Both the position numbers and the translations under genes were made by a program. The notes beneath the pieces are model-generated. The model was not told the origin of the DNA, did no database searches, and saw nothing but the letters and a program-made list of their open reading frames with translations. A DNA stretch of 64,000 nucleotides from Phycisphaerae bacterium (lineage in GTDB: Bacteria; Planctomycetota; Phycisphaerae; UBA1845; JAFGLZ01): NCBI GenBank assembly GCA_016927755.1, contig JAFGLZ010000028.1, positions 464-64,463 on the forward strand, in the 5' to 3' direction. How positions within the stretch are numbered: position 1 is the stretch's first letter; each line of letters starts with the position of its first letter. Below are positions 1 through 7,502 of this stretch, piece after piece.

Positions 1-2001
1 CTCGTGCCAGATCTCGTCCGTCCAGTGGGGGGCGTAGACGTTGCGCCAGAGATCATCCTCCGCGATCGTCCGCTCGGACTCGAAACGGTGTCGCAGATCG
101 TCGGCGCAGAAGTACTCGAGGAAGGTTCGGTGGACGAAGGCGTACGAGTTCGCCCCGATGAAGCAGAGGATGAAGTTCCGCTCCCGCAGATGACGGATCA
201 GCGCGCGGGCGATGATGCGCGAGTCCGGGGGCTGATGCCCGAGCGCCTCGAGCCCCTCCGTCAGCACGTCCTGCAGCCGCTGGCCGGAGATCACGTTGCC
301 CGCGAGACCCGCATCGCTCGTCTGCATGCCCTGGGCCACGCGGCGCAGCAGCGTTTGCTTGTCCCTGAAGTCGAGGCTGGCCGTGCGGAGGTTCGCGTCC
401 GGATCGCCCCGCAGCGCCTCCTCGACCTTCCACTGGTGCAGGAGCAGGCGGGCACATTGCTCGTAGAGCTGGGCCCGATCTCGCGGGAGGTCCTGATGCC
501 GGTTCAGGATGGCCATCATCGTCAGCAGCAGGGGGTTGCCCGCCAACTCACGGATCGCGCGGGAGTCCGCGATGGCCTGGGCCAACTGTCGCTGCTTTTC
601 GGGGCCGGCCTCGTGCGGGCGGTAGGTGTCCCGATGCCATTTGTCGAGGAAGGAGGCGATCTGATCGTCGTCGAGATCCTGCAGCATCACGTGCCGAAAA
701 CCCGCTTTGCGAAGGTCCTCGCCCTTGTACCCGATGACGCGGGACGTGACGATGATGCGCGCGTGCGGAAACTCGTTGGAGAATCGGCAGATCGCGGTGA
801 CCACCTCGCCTCGGAGGTCGGGATTGAAGACCTCGTCGAGTCCGTCGAAGTAGACGCACGCACGACCCGCGTCGAGGCGTTTCTTGACCTGGTGGGGATC
901 GAGGTGCCAGGGCGCGCTGCTGCCGTTTTGGAGGAAGTCGAGGAAGTCACGGACGCCGTCGCCCTGGCGGGCCTGTGCGTAGGCGCGAAGCTCGATGAGG
1001 AGGGGTACGTCTTGCGACTCGGCCTCGGTCGGGGGCAGGCTCGCCCAGCGCGTGGCCAGGGCGTTTACGAGGCTCGACTTTCCGGAGCCGGGATCGCCGA
1101 GGATCACGAGCAACGGCAACGACGGGTCGTCGACGAGCTCCAAGACGTTGCGCGGGATCTGCTCGACGTAGCGCCGGCGTAGTTGCTCGACCTCGTCGGC
1201 GTCGAGCTCGGCCGGGTCGACCTCGCCGTCTTCCTTGAGGCGTCGCAGGTGCTCCTTCGGCAGCTCGAAGACCTGGGGGAGGAACTCCTCACACTCGCGG
1301 ACGTGCTGCGGGATGAAGACGCGCCATAGCTCGAGGTCGCGGTAGTACGTCCCGGTGACGTCCATCGACTCCAGCCGTACTTGGGCGTACCGCTCGCGGA
1401 GCGCTTCGGCGTAACCGATCAGGTCGAAGCCGGGGCGGACTCCCACAAGCTTCTTCTGTTCGTCCGCGATCGACTGGAGGTTCTGTGAGTCGAGCAGCTC
1501 CCTGAGCTTGTCGGAACCGCGTCGGATTCCCGCGACCTGGCGCTCATAGCGGTTGCAGACGCGCTTCCAGGAGAAGTCCGGCGGTAGTGCCGGCGGCTCC
1601 GGACGGAGCGCTTGCCATGAGCTTTCGAGCACGCGATCGTCCGTGTCGGGCGCGTCTTCCTTGAAGGCTTCGGCGAGTGCGGCTTTGACGGGCGGCTCGT
1701 TGATCAGGCGTTCCATGGGGGGGACGTATGAGTACAGCGCCGGATCGTCGAGGTTCGCGTCCAGCAGCTCCTCTTGCACCAACCCGAGGAAGGCGGCCAT
1801 CGCTTGTCCGGTGGCCGTCGTGAGCTCGTGTTCGTAGTCACGACGCTTGGCGTCTTTGGATCCGGCGAAGACGCTATTGAGACAGCCCTTGAGGAAGTCC
1901 TTGGCGAAGTCTTCGGCCGCGCCCTTGGCCAGCTTTTCCAGGATGGGGCGGAAGGCCAGGTCATACGATAGCTTTGCCGTCCAGATGGTTACCCAGTCCA
2001 T
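1..2001 (-). CDS. NACHT-domain STAND NTPase; C-terminal part runs off the window start, and the gene is absent from the supplied ORF track
   Basis: My own minus-strand translation from the ATG at 2001 (GGAGG upstream) stays open down to position 1, 667 codons. It carries Walker A LVILGDPGSGKSSLV, Walker B ACVYFDGLDEVF, IIVTSR and LAGNPLLLTMM, which are canonical NACHT motifs. About 270 aa of helical sequence precede the P-loop. The + ORF 4..1182 is its antisense shadow. Confidence 0.85.
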   Translation of the reverse strand, partial: MDWVTIWTAKLSYDLAFRPILEKLAKGAAEDFAKDFLKGCLNSVFAGSKDAKRRDYEHELTTATGQAMAAFLGLVQEELLDANLDDPALYSYVPPMERLINEPPVKAALAEAFKEDAPDTDDRVLESSWQALRPEPPALPPDFSWKRVCNRYERQVAGIRRGSDKLRELLDSQNLQSIADEQKKLVGVRPGFDLIGYAEALRERYAQVRLESMDVTGTYYRDLELWRVFIPQHVRECEEFLPQVFELPKEHLRRLKEDGEVDPAELDADEVEQLRRRYVEQIPRNVLELVDDPSLPLLVILGDPGSGKSSLVNALATRWASLPPTEAESQDVPLLIELRAYAQARQGDGVRDFLDFLQNGSSAPWHLDPHQVKKRLDAGRACVYFDGLDEVFNPDLRGEVVTAICRFSNEFPHARIIVTSRVIGYKGEDLRKAGFRHVMLQDLDDDQIASFLDKWHRDTYRPHEAGPEKQRQLAQAIADSRAIRELAGNPLLLTMMAILNRHQDLPRDRAQLYEQCARLLLHQWKVEEALRGDPDANLRTASLDFRDKQTLLRRVAQGMQTSDAGLAGNVISGQRLQDVLTEGLEALGHQPPDSRIIARALIRHLRERNFILCFIGANSYAFVHRTFLEYFCADDLRHRFESERTIAEDDLWRNVYAPHWTDEIWHE

Positions 2002-2150
2002 CAGTGCCACCTCCCTCCGGAGAGGATCGCTTTGTGGAACGAGGAATCGCCGCTGCGTTCCTTGGCTGCGCAGGGGACGGGGCTCATTGCCTTGGGGTGC
2101 ATTCTAGTGTCTGTTTCTCGTCGTCGATAGCCGAATCCAATGATGAGGCA

Positions 2151-2414
2151 TCAATTGGCCGACGGTGGCGTATTGGCCGTGGGCATGGGTTGGGCGTGCG
2201 TTGGGTGTCGTTGTGCGGCCCCTTCAGGGCCGGATGATGTGGGGAGCGTAGCTTTCACGTTTTCGGGCGTTCTGGAGTGCACGAGATCCAGGTCGAAGGT
2301 CGAGATGGGCGCGCCATGCAGCACGCCACAGACGCCGCCAACGATGATGAAGCGCACATCATGCGTTGACAGGGCGCGAAGGATCATCAGGAAGTCGGGT
2401 CGCGACGGTTCCAT
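2151..2414 (-). pseudogene. Nucleotidyltransferase-fold (MNT-like) fragment, probably decayed
   Basis: The N-terminal 50 aa, FLMILRALSTHDVRFIIVGGVCGVLHGAPISTFDLDLVHSRTPENV, match the GG...HG...DxD core of small NTase (MNT/AbiEii-like) proteins. After ENV the frame becomes a P/T/A-rich tail with no NTase C-terminal helices, and the other frames hit stops quickly. Confidence 0.4.
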
Positions 2415-2583
2415 TCCTCAACCTTAGGAGCGAGTAGACGTTGTCCTCCAAGGTTCTGATGCGCTCTTCCGGCGTCAGCGAGAGCATCCACCTGATGAGC
2501 GTCAGGTCCACGCCCTCCTCGGTGTGCGTCGGGCGCTGCTGGTGTGACCCTCGCTCCGGGGTTGCCTGTCGCCTTTTGGTCAT
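2359..2583 (-). CDS. Small hypothetical protein, antitoxin-like partner of the NTase fragment
   Basis: 74-aa ORF. The segment DLTLIRWMLSLTPEERIRTLEDNV resembles small proteins found upstream of MNT-type NTases. It overlaps the NTase ORF start by 56 nt, so its true end is uncertain. Confidence 0.35.
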   Translation of the reverse strand: MTKRRQATPERGSHQQRPTHTEEGVDLTLIRWMLSLTPEERIRTLEDNVYSLLRLRNGTVATRLPDDPSRPVNA

Positions 2584-2869
2584 CGTCGCCGCCTTGGCTC
2601 TTCTCCACAGCCCGTTCTGACCGGACAGGGGCGCACCGTACTACCGCTCGTTTGCCACGGAGGATGGCGGCTTGACGCGGTGCTGGCATGCAGGTCAGGC
2701 AATACTGGCTATGTCCACGTTCTGATCCGCGACGCGCGCTGCCTTTGCTGATTGTACCATCCCTGGGCGGCAGCGACATCCCCGAGGAGGTCCCTTCCCG
2801 CCACTCGCTCCGCGGAACCGCTGGCGATAAGATGGCGGTGGCTTGCCCGAGATTATCGAAAGGCATCAC

Positions 2870-4462
2870 ATGAGCCCAAGTCCCCTGCGTTCGATCTTGC
2901 GATTTCGGCCGCTCGCGGTTCTTCACGCGGCTGTCCTGCTGGTGCTGGCGACGGGTTGCGATCCGACGCGGCGGTTTCCGGCCGGGCCGTTGGATACGCA
3001 GGCTCATGATGGGGGGCGGCGGCTTTCCTATGACACGAACGACGACAAGGTTGCCGACTATTGGCAGATCCTTGACGGGGCGGGGCGGGTGGTCTTTCTG
3101 GAGTTTGACGACGATCGGGACGGGACGGCGGACCATACGGTCGATCTCCGGCAGGTGCGCTGTCAGGACGTTCCGCATCTGATCATTGCACTGGACGGGT
3201 GCCCTTACGACTGCGTCGACGAGGTGTATCGGGCAGGGGGTCTTCGACTGTTCCACGAGCCGGTTCGGATGATCAGTTGCTTTCCGGCGATGACGGACGT
3301 GGCGCTGTCGCGGATCTGGCATTGTGGGCCGTGCCGGGCGTATCAGGCGCTGTATTTCGACCGGACCACGGGGCGGCAGAACAACGGCTACGTCGCCTAC
3401 CTCAAGGCCGAGAACTCGCCTTGGGTGGCCAAGATGGCCTATCGGTGCAGTTTCTGGTGGGACGCCAACGCGTATCTGAGCCCCGATTCGGTCTTCACGC
3501 ATGAGATGCGGGGGATCGATGAGGCGTTCAAGAAGGTCGAGCGTGGGACGGCTGCGGGGTATACGGTCGGGACGGCCGGGCTCGGGACGCGCGGGGGGCA
3601 CGACGCGATCGTGAGCTATCTGCGGCGGGTCGATCGCTTATGTCAGCAGATCGTTTATGAGCGGCGGGGGCGGGTGAAGCTGAGCGTGCTGGCCGATCAT
3701 GGGCAGGGGCTGAAACGGTGCAAGCGGGTCGTGTTCAAGGAGCATCTGGCGCGGCGTGGGCTCAACTTGTGCAAGCGGCTGGATGCGCCGAATGACGTCG
3801 TGACGGTCGAGTACGGGCTGGTGACGTACGCGGCGTTCTTCACGGGCATGCCGAACGAGGTGGCGCAGGCGCTCCGCAATCATGAGGCCGTCGAGCTGGT
3901 CTTCCAGAAGGACGGCAACAACGTGGTGGTGATGGACGCCAAGGGCATGGCCGTCATCGGCCGGGCGGAGGGCGGATGGCGATACGAGATGATCGACGGC
4001 GATCCGCTGAAGCTGGATCCGATCCTGGCGTCGCTTCGGAGTCGTGGGAAGGTCTCGGGGGGGGAGGTCATCGACGATCGGGCTTTGCTCGAGGCGACGG
4101 CCACCCACGAGTATCCCGATCCGCTGCACCGGGCGTGGTGGGCGTTCAACGGCGTGACGGAGGTTTACCCGGACGTGATCGCTTCGCTCCGCAACGGGTA
4201 CAGCCACGGCGGGGCGTTCTTCGACTTCATGATCGGGGGAGCGGCCAGCACGCACGGGGCGATTGATCGGCTGAGCAGCACGTCGTTCGTGCTGACGATG
4301 CGGGGGGAGTTGCCGGGCGTGTTTCGCTTGGAGGATGCGCTGGGGCTGCTGGATCGGGCGGGGGAAGGTCCGGTGGTGACCTCGACGAGGGGGGCGGCGA
4401 GTCGGCCGGCGCCGTCGACTACGGGGCGTTCGCGGGCGGGGACGGCGGGGGCGGAGCGATGA
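2870..4462 (+). CDS. Alkaline-phosphatase-superfamily (nucleotide pyrophosphatase/phosphodiesterase-like) lipoprotein
   Basis: Lipobox LLVLATGC; metal/nucleophile motifs LIIALDGCPYD, FPAMTD, LADHGQG and STHGA. I prefer the ATG at 2870 (GAAAGG upstream) over the TTG at 2843. Confidence 0.75.
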   Translation: MSPSPLRSILRFRPLAVLHAAVLLVLATGCDPTRRFPAGPLDTQAHDGGRRLSYDTNDDKVADYWQILDGAGRVVFLEFDDDRDGTADHTVDLRQVRCQDVPHLIIALDGCPYDCVDEVYRAGGLRLFHEPVRMISCFPAMTDVALSRIWHCGPCRAYQALYFDRTTGRQNNGYVAYLKAENSPWVAKMAYRCSFWWDANAYLSPDSVFTHEMRGIDEAFKKVERGTAAGYTVGTAGLGTRGGHDAIVSYLRRVDRLCQQIVYERRGRVKLSVLADHGQGLKRCKRVVFKEHLARRGLNLCKRLDAPNDVVTVEYGLVTYAAFFTGMPNEVAQALRNHEAVELVFQKDGNNVVVMDAKGMAVIGRAEGGWRYEMIDGDPLKLDPILASLRSRGKVSGGEVIDDRALLEATATHEYPDPLHRAWWAFNGVTEVYPDVIASLRNGYSHGGAFFDFMIGGAASTHGAIDRLSSTSFVLTMRGELPGVFRLEDALGLLDRAGEGPVVTSTRGAASRPAPSTTGRSRAGTAGAER

Positions 4463-4479
4463 GACCTGCTGCCTGAGGC

Positions 4480-4668
4480 GCTAGCGCCCCTCTCGGTGAG
4501 TGAGTTTCACGTTGCATTCGGGGTGGCCTGGGTCCGCGTCAGATGGTCCTTCTGGCGTGGAACGAAGCACGGGGCCGCGGAACGCTGCGTCCATTGATAG
4601 CGGCGTATCCCGTTGGCCTGCGGCTTGCTCAGCTAGAAGGATCCTCCTGGGCGGACCCGTGCCACCCC
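4480..4668. repeat. Copy A of a structured non-coding repeat (second copy at 25062..25240)
   Basis: Blocks shared with copy B, in the same order and orientation: CTAG.(G)CCC, GTGAGTGAGTTTC, GCATTCGGGGT, GCGTCAGATGG, TGGAACGAA, CACGGG.CCGCGGAAC and GCGGACCC.TGCCACCC. Bases 4520-4537 (GGGGTGGCCTGGGTCCGC) are complementary to 4651-4668 (GCGGACCCGTGCCACCCC) with one mismatch. Confidence 0.7.
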
Positions 4669-4870
4669 CCAATTAGCCATATCATATTGGTTAGCAATAA
4701 CTTGGCTACATTGGAACCCCCGAAAAAGGTTCCTGACACCTTTTCCGTCCTGGGCGGACCCACCCGCCACGAGACTGCCTAACCGAGAAGGGCGCTGGTT
4801 CCCATGCGCAATCGCGCTGCCCACCGCTGCGGCGATGGGGAACCCTTCTTCGGTCTTCAGGCCTTGACTG

Positions 4871-5461
4871 CTATTTGCTCTTTGTCGTGGTGGTGGGTTT
4901 ATTGCTTGCGCGGGAAGCGAGGATGTAGTTCTTGATGTGGGGATGCTTCTCGGCGTCCATTCGTTCGTCGATGGCCTCGGCGAGGGCCTTTTCCGCGGGC
5001 CAGCCCTGGACCTCGGTGCGGAAGACGGCCACGAGGAGGCCCGTTCGGTCGACGCCTTGTTTGCAGTGGACCGCGACGGGCAGGTTCTCCTTGTTCTGAA
5101 CGATATCGAGCCATTGCTTGATCACGTTCGGATCGACCGGCGCGTTACCGTTCATCGGGATGTTGACGAGCTTCATCCCGAGCCGTTTGGCCTCGGCGGC
5201 CTCCTCGTCGAATCCCAAGCCCTTGTCGCAGTCCTCCTGTTCGTCCTCTTGACGGAGGTTGACGACCGTCCGGACGTTGAAGTCCTCGCGCAGGCGCTCA
5301 AGATCCCTCTGGTCGGGCTGGCCGCATCGATAGAGAACGCCTTCCTCCACCACCGAGAAGTGGGGGATGTAGTAGTAGCCGTAGAAGACCCACAGCCCGA
5401 TGCCGACGCCCGCGCCGATGACCAGAGTGCTGATCGCGACTCGCTTGACGTGCTTGTTCAT
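4871..5461 (-). CDS. Membrane-anchored Cys-based protein tyrosine / atypical dual-specificity phosphatase
   Basis: CX5R(T) active site HCKQGVDRTG, and an N-terminal TM helix VAISTLVIGAGVGIGLWVFYGYYYI. ATG at 5461 (MNKHVKR). Confidence 0.8.
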   Translation of the reverse strand: MNKHVKRVAISTLVIGAGVGIGLWVFYGYYYIPHFSVVEEGVLYRCGQPDQRDLERLREDFNVRTVVNLRQEDEQEDCDKGLGFDEEAAEAKRLGMKLVNIPMNGNAPVDPNVIKQWLDIVQNKENLPVAVHCKQGVDRTGLLVAVFRTEVQGWPAEKALAEAIDERMDAEKHPHIKNYILASRASNKPTTTTKSK

Positions 5462-5792
5462 GGCTCGTGTCCTTGCCTGGGTTCCCCCGGTACCGGATTC
5501 ATCCCGGCGCCGAACCGGCACCTCGCACATGCACCCTTGCGCATACATGCGACCGTGCGTCTTTCAGTTGTCTATCAGTCGCCAGCCCTTTGTTGCCGTT
5601 CGAGGTGCTGATCGGGAGGCTCGCCGTTCCCTGGGCACTCTCGCGATCATTCATTCGTCATTGCCTGCCGGAGCGCTCTCCGGCAAGGCCGCAGCGCTGA
5701 GTCTCGGCCCGCGCCCCCCCTATAAGGACTTGCGGGGAGTATAGCCCGCCTTGAGGGTTGCGCCAACGAAAAAGGCGCACGCGAGCGCATGG

Positions 5793-5904
5793 CCGCTTCG
5801 GCGGGCCCTGTGCAGCATGGCCATCTTGGCCATGACGCTTCGCTCTTGTTCTACGCACTATCCGAGCGTCATCGCCACGGGCAAGATGCCCGTGCCACGG
5901 GACT
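5793..5904. repeat. Cluster of REP-like hairpins
   Basis: CCGC-TTCG-GCGG at 5793-5804; CATGGCCA-TCT-TGGCCATG at 5816-5834; CACGGGCA-AGA-TGCCCGTG at 5886-5904. All are intergenic, lying between two minus-strand genes. Confidence 0.7.
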
Positions 5905-6054
5905 CCCGCGGGAGCAACGCCTCCGTGCCTTCGTCAGCTTCGTCCGGCCACCAGGGGCATGCATGCGACACGCGGTATGTTGAGGGCGTTATCTGTTGCG
6001 GAATGAATCGGCCATGCCGGTGTCCATCACTGGACAGGAGCCCGGCGTGTCTGG

Positions 6055-7149
6055 TCACGTCGCCTCTTCGGCGGGGCTCTTGTCGACCTCGCTGAGGACC
6101 AGTCGGAAGGTGGCCAGCCATTCGTCCATGTGGTCGTTGAGCCAGAGGATCTTTCGCTTGACCATGCGGAGGAAACCGAAGCCTTGGATCCGGCCGAAGG
6201 AGCCCACGGTCGCGATGGGCAGGGCGGACTCGGCGATGATGACCTCTTGCATCAGATAGGGCAGCACGTCGATCCGCTCGGGATCGAACTCGTGTTTCTG
6301 GAGGTACCCGCGCAGGAATGCGCCCGCCCGCTCCTCATCGAAGTGGTCGGGCCAACTGTCCGGATCGTCGGAGCCACCCAGGATCGAGAACTGCAGAATG
6401 CCGTTGGCCAAGTCCGTGATCCAGGGCGAGACCCTGGCCGAGTCATAGTCGATGACGGCCACGACGCGCTGGTCGCGATAGAGCATGTTGCCGGGGTGCC
6501 AGTCTCCGTGGACGACCTGGTCCGGCCAGGTGTCCATCCCGGCGGTCTTGACGCCCTCGGCGGCGGCTTCGTAGGCCTCGTAGAGCCACTGGGTGGTGGC
6601 CAGGAGCTCGGCTTCTTTTCCGATGACGCTCTCGTGGGATTGCAGGCGGGTGGGCACGTGGTTCAGGGCGTTCTTGACCATCTCGCTGTCGTGATATCCG
6701 CCGATGGGCGGCGCGTAGTCGGATTCGTAGTCGGCCAAGGCGGCATGGCACAGTCCCAGGGTTCGGCCGGCGTCCTCGGTCTCGGCGATCGATTGGTCGT
6801 AGGGTTGGCCTTGAACGTAACGAAACATCTCGTAGGTCCAATCGTGATAGCGAACCATCGAGTTGCGGTGGCGGCGGGTAGGGATAAGGTGCGGAAGAGG
6901 AAAATCCTTGCGGGCCAAGTGGTTTTGCAGTAGATGACAGAAGGCCACTTTGACGGGATCGTCTCTGCCAGGGGCCCGGCGTTTGAGCACGAACTCGCCC
7001 CGGCTGGCCTTGATGTAGGCCTTGGGGCTCTTGCGGCTACCTCGTTTGAATGCCGTGATTTCCTGAATGGTACCGAGGTCGAAGTGGCTCAGTACGATGG
7101 CCAATTCGTCCGCCAGAAACTGAGCTCGCTCTCGGTCCCCACTCATCAT
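6055..7149 (-). CDS. Aminoglycoside-phosphotransferase-fold kinase (APH / homoserine kinase type II family)
   Basis: Catalytic loop HGDWHPGNMLY and metal-binding VIDYDSA. The likely start is MMSGDRERAQ at 7149. Confidence 0.8.
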   Translation of the reverse strand: MMSGDRERAQFLADELAIVLSHFDLGTIQEITAFKRGSRKSPKAYIKASRGEFVLKRRAPGRDDPVKVAFCHLLQNHLARKDFPLPHLIPTRRHRNSMVRYHDWTYEMFRYVQGQPYDQSIAETEDAGRTLGLCHAALADYESDYAPPIGGYHDSEMVKNALNHVPTRLQSHESVIGKEAELLATTQWLYEAYEAAAEGVKTAGMDTWPDQVVHGDWHPGNMLYRDQRVVAVIDYDSARVSPWITDLANGILQFSILGGSDDPDSWPDHFDEERAGAFLRGYLQKHEFDPERIDVLPYLMQEVIIAESALPIATVGSFGRIQGFGFLRMVKRKILWLNDHMDEWLATFRLVLSEVDKSPAEEAT

Positions 7150-7502
7150 TCCGTGCCTGTGAATCCGATAGAAGGCAATTCCACCTCCGTGGTCCCATGG
7201 TAACTCAGATTCGCCGGAAATCAAACCCCTTGTCGGCACGACGTCGCATGATTCGTGGTCCGCTCGCTGGTTCGCTAACGGACGCGGACGTGGAAGGATA
7301 CGGCGATCGGGGACCCGCCCCCCAAATACGCGGCTTGAGGTTTGACAGGCCTGGTACCCCACGGTATAAGGAAGATCAAGTAGGTGGCACTGCACCCCGG
7401 TGGCGCGGTCAGAATCTGGGGTAGAGCCCGTTGGCGCGGGCGGGCCGCCGAGCCTATATGCACCATTGAATCCCTATCGTGGGACTGCCAAGGAGGATAG
7501 TT

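Noticed and set aside
4-1182. 392-aa + strand ORF at the window start
   Set aside because: It has the Arg/Ala/Val/Gly-rich, low-complexity look of an antisense shadow in high-GC DNA. The opposite strand encodes clear NACHT motifs in one continuous frame.
2387-3601. 404-aa minus-strand ORF
   Set aside because: It is the antisense shadow of the AlkP-superfamily gene (2870..4462). It is Arg/Pro-rich with no motifs.
4543-4600. Short peptide M(V/G)(L/P)L(A/T)WNE(A/T)R(G/V)RGT.. encoded in both copies of the 170-nt repeat
   Set aside because: Differences between the copies fall at first and second codon positions. A 2-nt indel gives a stop after 16 codons in copy B but a 79-aa ORF in copy A, so the coding pattern is not conserved.
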